From Camelus dromedarius (lineage: Eukaryota), in contig NC_087437.1 of the NCBI RefSeq assembly GCF_036321535.1, forward strand, positions 113,524,001-113,588,000: 64,000 bases of DNA. The letters are read 5' to 3'. Positions 40,001 through 53,200 of this stretch are shown here, piece by piece; position 1 is the stretch's first letter, and the number at the start of each line of letters is the position of its first letter. The position numbers and the translations under genes are program-made. Below the pieces are notes generated by a model. The model worked only from the letters and a program-made list of their open reading frames with translations. It made no database searches and was not told where the DNA came from.

Positions 40001-43000
40001 CGCGCATCCGCATCCACGCACATCCACGCACACGCTCACATGCTCTCCCGGGGCCCCACCCCGGTGCGAACCGCTGCCCTGCGGCTTTGCAGACATGCAG
40101 TGTTGCTCCGCCGCGGACTCAGGACTGCAGGGCGCGCCCGCGGTCCCGAGACCCAAGCAGTGGAGGAGGCCGGCCAGCCGGGGGTGGACTCAGGCCGCGC
40201 GCTACGCCCAGAGCCGCCCGGGTCCGGAGACCTGCCGGGCGAGCCATGGAGATGCGGCGGCCGCCGCGAGGCTCCTGGGGCCGGGCGCCCGGGCGGCCCC
40301 AGGTCCTGCGCGGCTGCCCACGGCCGAGCCTGTTTCCCCTGCGTGGGTGCGATTCGGCCGCGAAGGGGTGGGAGGGCCGAGGGCGCGGCCACAGGGCCGC
40401 TCAGTGCGCCCCCACGGCCGGGTGGGCAACTGCGGTGAAGTGGCGCTGATTCATTTAGTGAGGGCAGACGGTTGTCGGTCTCCACAACATGGTTTTTGTT
40501 TTTAGTTTTCTCTCTTGGTTTGTTTTCTTTAATTGGTGTTTTTCGTCGCGGCTGGGCTGCGGCTTAATTACGCAGCGCGCCTCACGCAGGCGGAGTGAGT
40601 TTAGCGGCAAGCAGAGGAGTTTCGTAGTCAGAAAAGACCCCCGAAAAACTAGCGACTGGAAAGTTGAAAGCATCCGTTCCACTCGCTTCCATCCTCGGAG
40701 CGTCGGCTCCCCCGCTAGGCCCAGGCCTCCCGCGCCCTGCACCCACCTCTGGCTCCCCGGAAACGGCCCCGGCTCCTCTCCCCGCCCCCGCGCGCGGGCC
40801 GCGGGGGGTGCGGAACCCACCCCGGCTCCGCGCTCGGGCGGGAACTTCCCCTGCTCTCGTCCCCGCGGCGCCGCGGGCATTTTCGCGGAGCTTAGAGGGG
40901 CCCCGCCTCCGCCTAGCCGCGGGGCTCCCCACCTACACACAGAGCCCACCCGGCCCCTCCCCGGGGAAGGGCGCTCACCCACTCCCTCTAGCTCGGAGCC
41001 CTCAACTTCGACTCCCCGGGGCAGAGGGTCGCTTCCCCCCCCGCCCCCCCGCCCCACGGGGCCCCTCCCCCTCCCCGCCTCTGTTCCCCTGCAGACGCGC
41101 CGCTGGGATGCTAGGCCGCCACAGCCGCTCCAGACTGCTCGGGTTCCGTCGCTGGAGTCTGACGGAGGCGGGGGCCTTGGCGGACCAGCCGCGGAGGCCT
41201 TTCCGGGTGCCCTGGCGGCTTCCCTTGCCCCAGGCCCAGAGGGCCAGGCTGGCTGCGCGGAGCGGCCGGGAGACGCGGCGGATCGCACGCTCCGGGCGGA
41301 CGCCAGGGGGCAGCAGCCGCCCTCGCTCTCCTCCTGGGGCGTCCGGGAACGCCCCCGACGGCGCGGGGCTCTACCGGCCTTCTCGCGGCCCTCGGGTCTC
41401 TTTTGTAAGAACTTCAGTAGAAGAAACGACAGGAAATTGCCACCCGAACCAGCCTGCGCGGCCGCGTCCCACCCTACTATTCAGGCTGTCCCGACAGGCG
41501 CGCGTCTGGGTCTCTTCCCGAACTCGCTTTACCCGGACACCGTCGTCGCCCTCCGCAGGCAGTCGGTGCTGCAGGCGTCCCGGGCGCCATCGCCGGGCCT
41601 GTGGCCAAGGCTCCCTCCAGCCTGCCCCGCTTTTCCCCAGATGGGCCGGTCCCCTCCTCTCTCTCCGGAAAACCCGGGACACTCGGAAACTCCCAGCATC
41701 CAGCTGCATTAAAAAAATGGGTCTAGGGGTCTCAGAAAACTTTTGCTTTTTTCTTTAAAGTGATTTTGAAGAAGCCCTAGTTCAGGTGTAAAGACTCCAA
41801 ACGTCCTCTGTCCACTTTGGCCGAGCAACTCCAAATACTGCGCAGTCACCAAACCTCCTCGTCTGCCGCCCTCCTGACCGAGGTCACCGTCTCTCCGCAC
41901 CGGACGCGACGCTGCCCGCTCTAGAGGCGAGTTCGGGCCGAGTGAAACCTTCCTGCTTCGGTTCAAGTGCATTTCCCTAAGAGCGGACCAAACGCTCCTG
42001 GGGGCCGCCTCCAAGCGCATCCCCAGAGGACCCCCCCCCCCAAGGACGGGGGGCGGGACTCGGGAGTGTGGCGGAGGCAAAAATGGGTTCTGACAAGGGG
42101 TACAGCGGTCCGAGTAAAACGTAATCGGCCGTTCAGGAAGGTCAGAGAAGGCTCCTCTGGGGCTTCGGCCAGCCCTTTGCCTGAAACCCTAAACCCTGCA
42201 AGGGGCTGCGGGGAGCAGCCCGCGCAGCCGTCTCCCGGCCGAGATCAAGTTTCCTTAGTAAGAGAAGAGGTACAGAGATAGATGCAGCAAGTTGAGCCTT
42301 TCAAGGGCAGCACCGTGGGCGCTGCTCAGCTAAGAGTCTCAAGCAGTAAATCCTGAGTTCCAACTCCGACAGGGACGATCATAGCAAGGAAAGCTTTTGC
42401 TGATTTATTCTGAACCCGGCCGCCCGGCATTTGGGGATCCCGGGACCTTCCCTGCGCCGGCTATAACGTGTTGTGCGGTGCACATTTGAATACCAGAAAC
42501 AAACAAAAACACTTCCTCTCCTTATCGCGGAACTAAAATGAACGGAAAGCAGGGAGCATGGGGCTCAACTAAGGGGTACTAGGAACCCCTTAGTCTGGAG
42601 GGCTTTCTACGGAGCTTATAGAGTTCAGTAACGTCACGTAAGAGATGAATTCATTTCCACCCAGAGCGCTCATTTAAGCGGCAATATAGAATTTCCCTTC
42701 CTCTGCCTCTGAAAGGAAAGGAAACATTCCTACATGTACTCCTAGTGTTCCCTTGGAATTATACTAAAATTTACTTTTGTCATAATAAAATACAAAAAAT
42801 GCAATGAAGCAATACGTTGGGCGAACGCTGTCTGACAGATTCGATTCATCCAAATTTGCTGCATGGGGGATATTTCAAAAAGACTCAGAATAGGAATGAA
42901 ATGTAATGTTTTCACAGTGAATTTAAAAAGTAGCATTTTGAAGAAAAACAGAACAATTTCACTGGAAAACAATAACAGCTTATTGACATTTTTTCTACAA

Positions 43001-43986
43001 CTTTCGATAAATACAGAACTATGGAGAGGGTCTCAGAAAATATCTAAGTATTTTACATTTTTACTGTTTTGAAACTACGTCAAAAATAAAATAAGAATCT
43101 CAAGCATTTTCTTAAAATCCCCCTCCGTAATATATTTCTAAAAATGTCATATTTCTAAAATAATTATTTCTATTTTCAGTGAACATTTTAATGAAAATAA
43201 CAATTAGAGAATGCATTTTGCTAGTGGTTCTGGACCAAACTGCTGTGGTTGGTACTAATGTCACAGGGAAAGAGAACAATTTTGATGAAGAATAACATGT
43301 TAATGTATGTTCAAATAACAAATAACCAGCAATACACACCGGCCAGTTTTCAACACTGGAATTTAATTAAACATCCCCCCCACCCTCAGCGGCTTTGAGA
43401 TTATTTCACTTTGGTAACCTAATTACTCTGGGGATGAGATTCCTTAGTTCGTCCACTGCCTCCTTCCTTCATGTGAATGATTTCATGAGATGCTTTGGCT
43501 GATGTGTGACTATTTCACTGTAATTTCTTAAGTAAGTTGTGCAGTTCACAAGTAGCAAACTGAGAAAAATTTTAAATTCATCTTTTTAAAATTAGGGATG
43601 CTTAGCAAACATTTTAGAAGTCTCATAAAAATTTTGCATTAGCACTGCTATAGCAAAAGTAATAAACTAGGTTATAATACATAGAAGCCAAGCTCTGTTT
43701 TTTTCAGAGTCATATAGAGTCATTTAATAACAGCAGAATGCACCTGTGGTAAACGCTGTAGAACCAAGGGTATCATTTAAGGTTTCATTGGAATGTTTTA
43801 TATGTTTGACATTTACAATAGGGAAAACAGCTTTTAAGTATTTTTGAATCAGCAAAAAAAAAAAAAAAGCCTTGATTATTGGTTAATTTATATCGTTATT
43901 TATAGTGATACATAGATAAAATGTCATATATATGCATATGTGAATGTGCATATGTTATTAAAAATGTAATTTGGAATCTAACATAC

Positions 43987-44025
43987 TGTGAATGTCTCTA
44001 GATGGATTCATTCCATGCATACATT
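43987..44025 (-). CDS. RUNX1: RUNX1 39-nt micro-exon of the P1 (RUNX1c-type) isoform, encoding (E)CMHGMNPSRDIH(N)
   Basis: Minus strand reads TTTCTACTCTTTCAG|AATGTATGCATGGAATGAATCCATCTAGAGACATTCACA|GTATGT. It has a pyrimidine tract plus AG, a GT donor, 39 nt and phase 1-1. The peptide resembles human RUNX1c ECILGMNPSRDVHD as recalled. It lies 5.8 kb from the next exon and is too short for the ORF track. Confidence 0.85.
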
Positions 44026-47000
44026 CTGAAAGAGTAGAAAATAGGAAAATAAAAATAATTGTATGAATATACTGACAGCAAACACCGAATTTACTGTAGT
44101 TGATTAATTATAATCGCAAGAAATGCAAGTATAAAATTAAATCCCCCCCCCCCTTTTTTGGTAGCTTGTTGCCTCTCACAGTTTTTAGCACTGCAGATTT
44201 TTATAGTATGTTGTCCAGCTCTGGCACAAAAATAGCTTAAAACAGTAAATCATCATATAAAAAATGAACTGTTACATATGCATATGGTATTATGTACCCT
44301 CAACCAATGTTCTCCATTGCTAGTTAATACTGAATCTTATCTTTCATTGAATCACCTCTTTTAAGCTCTAGAGGTGATGCAAATGTGATTTATTTAGTGA
44401 ACATTAAAAATACATTTGGAGAGTGTAGGGATGGATTCAAGGTGAAATTCAAACCAAACCCTAATTTAATACAAAAACATGAAAACATCGGTAATACAGT
44501 AGAAGCTAAGCACAAAAAGTAAGAATATGAATAGTTTTTAAAGTGATAAAAATAATTTGGAATACAGTTTCTAAAAGAAACAAACTAGTAGATAAACATT
44601 ATGATCATTTACTTCCAAAGATAGGACATTTTTGAAATATTCCCTCCTTGCTTGATTTCCTTTCTTTCCCTTTGCGAGGAGGGCAGATTATTTATATTGA
44701 AAGCTTTCATTCTCAAAATAACAAATGATATCAGTCATTGAAAATAATTGTCATATGATAATTTCCAATATGAATCCCTTACTATATACTGCTGCACGTG
44801 CAGTTGTAGGTGAAGTTACAGGTAAATCCACTAAGCAAAGTCGTATGAAGCTGTTTCTCTTTCCCTTGAATATGTACCCATAATGCTCTGAATCTGAAAT
44901 TACTCCATCAGCCTTGTATACCGATAATGGTCAGCACTGAATGATTAACAGGAAGGAATTAGCACTTTTCAAAGCCTTAGGACTTGAGCATTTCAGATCC
45001 TGCAAACCTACAGCCTCCAACTCCACTGCACAATATTAGTATAATATAGCTTAAATGAAACCCTTAAAACTAAGAAAGGCGGTGATTATTTCAGATTTCC
45101 AGACGCTGTTTAAATAGGCAGGAGAACAAGATTTTCAGCTCCCTGGTCTTATATTTTTGCCAAAGCAAAAAGGGCAACTAACATAATAATGAGTTCTGAA
45201 GGATGGCCTGTGATGAAAAATGAAGGAAATTAAATATGTATAGTCTCAAAGGAGCGTCCTAAAAACAAACAAAAAAACAAGATTGTGGTTTACAAGTTCG
45301 TAAAGTGACTCCACAAAGATTAAAAAAAAAACCAACAAACCAAAACAGCAGGGAAAGACTCATTTGCACTCTTTATGAATGATAAGGCAAAAAATAAATA
45401 AATAAATAAATGTACCCTGAAGTTAGTAAGTTTAGTTTTAATAGGTATGAGGGGTGAGGGAATCCATAACAGTAAGATTGACCAGACAGCTGAGTTTATA
45501 CTAAAGAGACCCAACAGAAACAACCACCCTGGAAATCCTCTCTCGAGACCCCAAAAAGCCTTTCCATGTCTGAGACCGAGAAATAGGAGAAGCGGAGTGG
45601 AAGGGCACGTGTTTTGTCTACACACCTAATATTTCAGTGACTCTGAGAAAAAAGCCAAGATTTTTTTTTTTAACCTAAAAATAAAGGCAGAAGTGAGTGG
45701 ATTTGGAAAGGTGTGCGCGTGGTCTGTTGAAAGCGTTCTTAGTTTGTCCTGTGTCAGTAGCTTCGAGGACATAGCACATACCATTAGGGGGAGGAGGGGG
45801 TGGGTCTCTGGAGGTGAAGTTACACCTGTAGAGATTTGAAATGATTTGCCCAAGGAGGTGTTAAAGGTACTTGTCCCTGAACTGTAGGAGAGGAGAGGCC
45901 AAAATGCTTTTAGATACTTTGCCCAAAAAATCCTTTTTTTTTCTTTTTTTTTTCAAATCAGGAACCTCACACTTGGAGAATTTAAGAACCCTACCCAGGG
46001 TTGTTCATTCTTGATCTCTATGCATACACACACACACGCACACACACAGGTTCTACACACATAATGAGCTCTGTTTCTTTTTGACCACAACTATGTATTT
46101 TCATGGGTGTCCTTTGTCGCCTTCTGAAAAATTAAACTCTGATCTCATCTTTCACTTTTATCCTCCCCTGTCTCAAGGTCTCTGTCAGAAAATAGCCCTG
46201 AAATTCTTCAGCCTGCAAATCTCGAATATTTAGGATTCATATCCTGAGGTTATTTCTGGCCATCTCCGAAGTTTGAGGAGCAGGGCCAGCCCGTTAGGTC
46301 AATAAGAACAAGGGAGTGTCAAGGCCACTGAGGGACACGTGTGCAGGGTCCAGGGAGGGGGTGGGACAAGGCACAGGGGTCTACACTACCTGGTGGGCTC
46401 TGGAAAGACTTCTTTCCTAGTAGAGATGACATTTGATTTGACCCTTAGAAGTGGTGTAGATTGTCACCAGGTGGTTGGGAGGGCAGGAGGCAGGGCTTGG
46501 GGTTAGGGGATGGGGGTCAGGGGGGGGTCCTCTCCAGGCAAAAGGGTCAGCATGAGAAAGGCATGGATGAAGGGATGACCCGCATATCGGTTCCAGCACA
46601 ATCCCAGTGTAGATTGGGGGTCAGGTTGCCGGGGTGAGGGTGGCGGCTCGCAAATGACACAAGGCCAGTGGACATGAACACAGACGGGTCAGAGGCATCT
46701 GACAAAACCTGAAGAAATCGGAACTTCAACATGAGGATTTCAGAGCCTTGAAATCTGAGAAATAACACAATGAATACATATTTTAGGACACTGCATCTGT
46801 CCGAGCTGGAGAAGTGAGTGGAAGGTAAAGAGGCAGAGCTGAAGGGCTGCTGCCCGGCCAGGCACGGACTCATGAGCCTTAAGGTGGAAATAATGGAGCC
46901 TGAAAAGGGGGACTGAGGGGAGGGAGGGGGAGGAGTTAGCCCCATGCCCGGCCCAGGTGCCGTTAGTAGCAGAAAGACCAGGAGAGGGTGGGTTTGGAGG

Positions 47001-47496
47001 TAGACGGTGTCAGGAATGAGCTTGGGGTGTACAGGACAGAATTATAGGTGCTGGTGGAAAAAAACCAGGAGGAACGAGTGTTGTGTAAGCTTCTGGGTTT
47101 GTGGTAATTTGCTAGTTTGGCAGCAACAGAAAGCTAGCACACCAAGCAGGACTTCCTCTCCTCTTACTGTTTTGGGGAGACATTGTCTATGTGCTAATAA
47201 GTACATCTCTTTATTTCTGGGGTTCAGTGGCAGGAAGCCACACACCTAAGTCACTGTTCTCAAAAGTCCTATCAGCAATGAAGCCGATTTTTTGATCTCT
47301 GTCTGCTCAGTTTCTCTGTCTCCTTCACAGTTGGTTCTGGATCACCGGGGAGAAAGGGTGTCTTTTAATGACCCCCCATTAAGGCAATTGTTTAATTGTT
47401 TCATTCTCTTCTGATTCACCCTTACCTCCACACAAACACAAAAACACTAGATTTTGAACACCTGGCTAGTGAGGCTCCCCCTCTTCAACTCCTAGA

Positions 47497-47660
47497 CAGC
47501 ACGGCATCAACAATGTGTCTGAAGTCCCTGGCGACCTGGCTAAGTGCAGATTCTGATTCAGTAGGTTTGGGGTGGGGCTGGGGGTCCAGCGTTTCCCACA
47601 AGCTCCCCACGATGCTGCTGCTGCTGGTTCAAGGACCCCACTCAGAACTCGGAAGGCCAG
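47497..47660. mobile_element. MER5A-like hAT-Charlie relic
   Basis: TGCAGATTCTGATTCAGTAGGTTTGGGGTGGGGC...ACAAGCTCCC..GATGCTG..GCTGCTGGT..GGACC hallmark. Confidence 0.75.
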
Positions 47661-47788
47661 CTGCTTAGTATCCAGTGAAAATTGTGCCCAGCCCACATGA
47701 GACTGCAGAGTCTAAAAGGGTTTTATAAGTAACATTGCGAAATGCAAATTGACATGCAAGCTATCTCTGATTGGACTTTTAAAACTAT

Positions 47789-48164
47789 TGTGATGGACTG
47801 ATTATTTGTCCCCCCCCCCCAAATACTCATGTGCTGAAGCCCTAAGCCCTAATGTGCTGGTTTTAGGAGGTGGGGCCTTTAGGAGGTCATTGGGTTGAGC
47901 TGAGGTCATGTGGGTGGGGTTCTTATGATGGAATTAGCGCCCTTGTAAGAAAAGACTGGAGCCTTTTTTTTTTTCCTCTCTTGCCTTGTCATGTGAGCAC
48001 ACAGCAAGAAGGCAGCCAACTACAAGCCAGGAAGAGGACTCTCACCAGACCCTAACCATGCTGGCATCCTGATCATGGACTTCCAGCTGCCAGAACTGTG
48101 AGAAATGTCTGTTATGTAAGCTACTAGCCTATGGTATTTTGTTAGCAGCCTGAGTTGTAAGACA
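47789..48164 (+). mobile_element. MaLR (MLT1A-like) solo LTR
   Basis: Starts TGTGATGGACTGA, contains GGTGGGGCCTTTAGGAGGT and GACTTCCAGC..CCAGAACTGTGAGAAAT, and ends TAAGACA. Confidence 0.85.
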
Positions 48165-48214
48165 CCCACGGTAACAGAAGATCCTTTCTATCAGCGCATC
48201 GTCTGTCAGCCCTC

Positions 48215-48330
48215 ACACTATGGGCTTTACATGCATTATTCCATTTAACCCTCCAGCAGCAAACAGTCCATAATTATTCCCTTCACTTTACAGATGAAGA
48301 AACTGAGATTCAGTAATTGGCCCAATCTGA
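48215..48330. mobile_element. MIR fragment
   Basis: GCTTTACATGCATTATTCCATTTAACCCTC..CACTTTACAGATGAAGAAACTGAGATTCAG. Confidence 0.6.
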
Positions 48331-48464
48331 ACCCAAGCAGTTTGCACCTGGAGTGCCCAGTCATAACCAGCAAGCTAAAACACCTTGCAAGATGGTTCAG
48401 ATTTCTTTGCCAGCTCTTGACAAGTTGCCTTTAAACCATGTGGACATTCTTTCTAATTCTAGAG

Positions 48465-48792
48465 CAGCGCTGTCCACTAGAAATGTAATATGCACCATAT
48501 ATGTAATATAAGTTTTTCTAGAAGCCACATTAAAATGGCAAAGAGAAATGGGTGAAATTTATTTTAATACTATAGTTTATTTAACTCAGTATATCCAAAA
48601 CATTTTCATTTCAACACATAATCAATATAAACACTGTTAATGAGCTATTTGACATTCTTTTTCCTTTTTTTTAGTAAGTTTTCAAATTCCTCTGTGCATT
48701 TTATGTTCATAGTGCATCTCAGTTCAGTCTAGCCACGTTTCAAGTCCTCCCGTGTCACCTGTGGCTGGTGGCTGCTGTGTTAGACAGTGCAG
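48465..48792. mobile_element. MER33/MER3-like hAT-Charlie relic
   Basis: Termini CAGCGCTGTCCACTAGAAAT ... GTGGCTGGTGGCTGCTGTGTTAGACAGTGCAG, ~330 bp with an AT-rich core. Confidence 0.75.
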
Positions 48793-50034
48793 TTCAAGGG
48801 CAACCACTCAAAACACAGTTCACGCTGAAGAGCAGCTTTGCTACTATTCTGCTTGTGCTCAAGTGAGCCCTGTTTTTAACCTGCTATTAGTGAAGGCCAT
48901 TAAGTAATGCATCTTTCTTGACTCATATTTTCCCTGCAAGCTGAAGCAAAGTTCAGAGTTTTATTACAGCATCACTGATTGACTTGGAGTCATAAGGACA
49001 CACATGCCCGGCGAAAACAACTAAATTGCAAAGGCCTACTGACCACTGTCATTGCCACAGATGCATTGGCACCACCACGGATGAGCCACAAGTCCACTTC
49101 GTGCATAGTTCATTTCCACTTAACCTTTACCAGTTGCCCGTGTTGCAGCCTGTACAAGATGCTTTGATTCCTTTGAGCTCTGAAAGAATACTATCAAAGC
49201 ATCTTCTGACCCCTTCTTTTCCAACAAACTTGTTTTCTATGAAATTCATACAGACGACACAGATTAGAACAGTAAGTTTTATTTTTACCCAGTCATGATT
49301 TTCCAACAGAATTGCGGATTGGTTGAGTGATACCCATTCCCAAATAGCAACTCCTATAAACAGGTTTATTTTGAAATATAGCAGATAGGTTTTTCCAAAA
49401 GACCACTCAACATGTCAATTTGCTAGCAATCTTCCGGTTAAAATAATTAGTTCAAATCAACGGTGAGCAGCTCCTGGCCTAAGTCATGGAGCGGGCCCAC
49501 CTCTCTTTCTTCCACTCCAGTCCTCAGAAAAAACAACAAAGAAGAAATAGGCGGCCTGTTCTGTAACAGAAACCATAGGCCCTACCTCACCACATTGGCT
49601 CCTCAGGGGCTGCTGGGAACCTTCAAAGGTCCAAGCATCTCTTTAGGGCAAGCATCCCTGGTTTCTGCTCCTTCGTCTTGTGGGGTGGATATACAGGTCA
49701 AGGGGCGGATGTGTGGACCCTCGAAGGGGCCTGGATCTTCCCCACAATCTCTGTGGCTCCGTTAGCCATAAACAGACGGCATGTTTTAAGTAAGAGGCTG
49801 AGAAGCCACTTGCTGCGCATGAAACTAGTCTCCTCTCTGAGTGATACCCTGTCCAAGCGCCATGGGACAGTACCCAAGTGTCATGGGGCGTCTCAGTGTC
49901 TACTGCACTTGAGGAACAGGGAGGTGCGTTTACACACTTCCCCATGGCTTTGAGTCACCTAATTGGGGAAAGTCACAACAGTAAAGTGTTCTGACAGATG
50001 ATAGAAGTGGAGTCTATTAAAAACATTACTTTTA

Positions 50035-50276
50035 TACTGGGAGGAATAAGTTAAGAATTTGGGATTGGCATATACACACTACTGTAAGTAAAATAGATAA
50101 ATAACAAGGACCTGCTGTATAGCACAGGGAGCTGTGCTCAATATCTTGTAATAACCTACAATGGAAAAGAATCTGAAAAAGAATATATATATATGTGTAT
50201 ATATATAATTCAATCACTTTGCTGTACACCTGAAACTAACACATTGTAAATCAACTATATTTAAATTTTAAAAAGG
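50035..50276 (+). mobile_element. Short 5'-truncated LINE-1 3' end with 15-bp TSD
   Basis: ACAAGGACCTGCTGTATAGCACAGGGA..GCTGTACACCTGAAACTAACACATTGTAAATCAACTAT. TSD AAAACATTACTTTTA at 50020-50034 and 50277-50291, preceded by a TT/AAAA endonuclease site. Confidence 0.9.
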
Positions 50277-53200
50277 AAAACATTACTTTTAAAGTCTGCT
50301 TTACTGTAGGCATTTTAATTAGCATATTTAAAACCATTTCCACCACTGTGAATTTGAAACAAAACTCGTTTTCTAAGTTGAGGAAAAAATAAATGAATGA
50401 ATGTCTGAATGAATACCCAGGGCTCTCGTTCCTCATTTCCCACGTGTCCTTCCACAGTGAACCCTCCTACCCAAAGCGAGCACTTGATTTTATTCTTTGT
50501 GTTTATAATTTATCTTTATTCTCTCACTGAGGCAATTATGAAATAAGAAAGTATAACTCTTTTCCTTGTACAACATTCATGTTCAAAGATAACTCGGTGA
50601 GTCAGTTTCACTGGTTCTTGAACTGCTAGACAGGGGAGGAGGGTTGGGATTAACTGTAGGTCAGTTTGACAAAATGAATGGGTGATCCTTTGTGAGCTGG
50701 TGGGATGGTGAGTGGTCCCAAGTTAAATGTTAAATGTGGACCACGCTGGGTAACAGGACAGGCAATGGAAACTCCCTGAAACTGGTTGAAATATCTGATT
50801 TCTAGGTAGGCAACTCACTCTTGGATGCTTGGAGTAAAGACATGAATGAAAAAAAAGGAATCTCTCTCTCCAAATGATGGAATGGTGGATATATATTCTC
50901 CCCAAGCGATGGAATAGAATGATGGCTGAGTGATCATTCACTTGATCCCAATAGCAAAGGTTAAGTTTTCAAGTTGCTGGGGACACGAATGAATGGATGA
51001 CTGGATTCACACATGCAGTCAACACAAACCCATATGTTTGAATGCAGCAAGACTCAGCTGATCTCATAATGGTAGAGGAGCCCTAGGAAGGATGCCTCAG
51101 TTTGCTACTTGCCAGGTGGCCTAGGGCCAGTCTCTTACTTTGTGCCAGTCTCAGTTTCTTCACCTACAAAATGGGAGCCTTGAACAAGCAGGCTTTCCAG
51201 CTGCATGAACGTTTATATATACCTGCCACTTGGAAGTGGGAGAAGCTGTCCTGGTCTGGTGCTGGCCCAGGTCAGCATATGGCTCAAGGGAAGTTAGATT
51301 TTGAGTGAGGAGGAGAAATGAAAGAAAAAAGGGAACAGAGGATCAACTCAAGACAACACATTTTAAGGACGTTACCAATTTACATAGGATTCCTCAACTG
51401 CACATAGTTAATTCTATCCCCTCAAGCAGGCCCAAGGAGCTGTGATGTGAACACACACACACACACACACACAAATAACTTAGAGATTTTGCACCTTCTA
51501 GAAAATAACAGAACTGCATTGCTCTTCTGTTCTATAATTTATGTAAAATTGAGATTAGAGAGAAACACGTATTACTCATTAATGTTACCTGTAAGTTATT
51601 ACTAACTAGAATTGCTTAAAAATATCAAAACTCAGCCTTCTCACTAATTCTGTTTTCTCCATGTCAACCCAATTAGTGAGGCTGCATTATGTAATGTATT
51701 ATAAAATAATAATTTAAAAAATAATATGGATGCACAGTAAGGTTTAATTCCTTTAGAATAACCAGCTACAAGGCTCTTCATCGTCATTATTACAGCTGTT
51801 AGTACATCAAATTGGTGCTTTTCTACTGAAATAAGAAATTGTCTGTCTGTGATCCCATGTAGACTATAGAGAAATTTCCCCAAGTATAGCAGAACCTTCC
51901 AGAAAGAGAATGTAGAGGCTTGAGATAAATCTTGGGTACTGACTCGCCCATCTGTCCTGGACATGTGAAGTCTACTAGAGAGTCAAGAGTAAGAAGTGTA
52001 GTCATCTGTGAAGGAGTTGCCAAAACATCTATATCGATCAATTAAATAATAAATCGCCAAGTGTTAGTCTTAGAGAGTTTTTCCAGGCACTCAGACAAGG
52101 CGACAAATCCTTTTGTATTAATCCTGCTATCCTCAGATTCGGAAAACAGAATGTTCTATGGAATAATGGGCTAAGATTATCACTGCCCTGCTTTCTGTGA
52201 GGTCATGGAATTATATTCCACAAAAGTTTTAAAATTTTCTCTTGTAGTATGAAATAAAAAAGAGCTAAAAAAGTCAGCAACAATGGAGGTAGTCATTCTA
52301 TGTAGCTACATTTTCTAAGTTTCATAAAAATCCTAAGATCTGCATTGCAATGTTTACAAATTTTCAGATTACATTAATAAGATGATGTAATTGATGTGCT
52401 GGTAATAATCCCATTTTTATGGATAAAACACCATATGCTGAGGTGGGATATTATTTTTTTGTGGAGACTTCTTATGAAACATCATTGGCTCAAACAAGTA
52501 ATGATTGAGTCAGATTTAAAATTTTTGACAGGATGGTCTTGGACTTGCTTAGAAAAATGCTACAATTTAAATCTATTTAAAAAATTAAACAAATTTTGCT
52601 ACCTCTTTTTAATGAATAATGGTGCTAATTCTATTGAGTTCACCTCTTCTTCAAAGGTAGAGGGGAAGAGTGAAATAATTTTTAACAAAATTAAACAAAA
52701 ACATCTGAAAAATAGATATTATCTGTTCACTAATTGCCAATGTATACTTTCATGTACCATGAAAGCAACATACAGAGATGGTCCAAAATGTATTAAAAAT
52801 GATTAAGCACACAGACAAAACTTGAAGACTTTTTGTCACATGGTTTTGCAAAGTTGGTAGTTTTTTAAAATAGCAAGAGCAAAGGACAGATGACTGTCCA
52901 AACAGGACAACAAATAAACTGCGGCATGAACTCTAGTTCATTTCTAATCGAACCACTGAGCTTACGTTCACTGAAATTTAGTGATGACAAAGGACTCCCG
53001 TAGTCCTTGTTTCTCTAGCCTGCTTAACAATTCCAATGCCCATAAGGATATCCATCCTGAGGAGAATTTCAAAAGCATCACTGGGAAATACAGCACTCTT
53101 GGGGAAGTTTTGAAAAAGGGCATGCAGCAAGTACTTATATAAATGTGGATTTTAAGAATCTTAAAAACACATTCCATTGTAAGAAGTTCTGTCATTGTCA

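Noticed and set aside
39762..41758. Long ORFs of 200-407 aa on both strands in the P2 CpG island
   Set aside because: They are Pro/Arg/Gly/Ala-rich, overlap in several frames and show no recognisable domain. This is the expected result of stop-codon scarcity in very GC-rich DNA.
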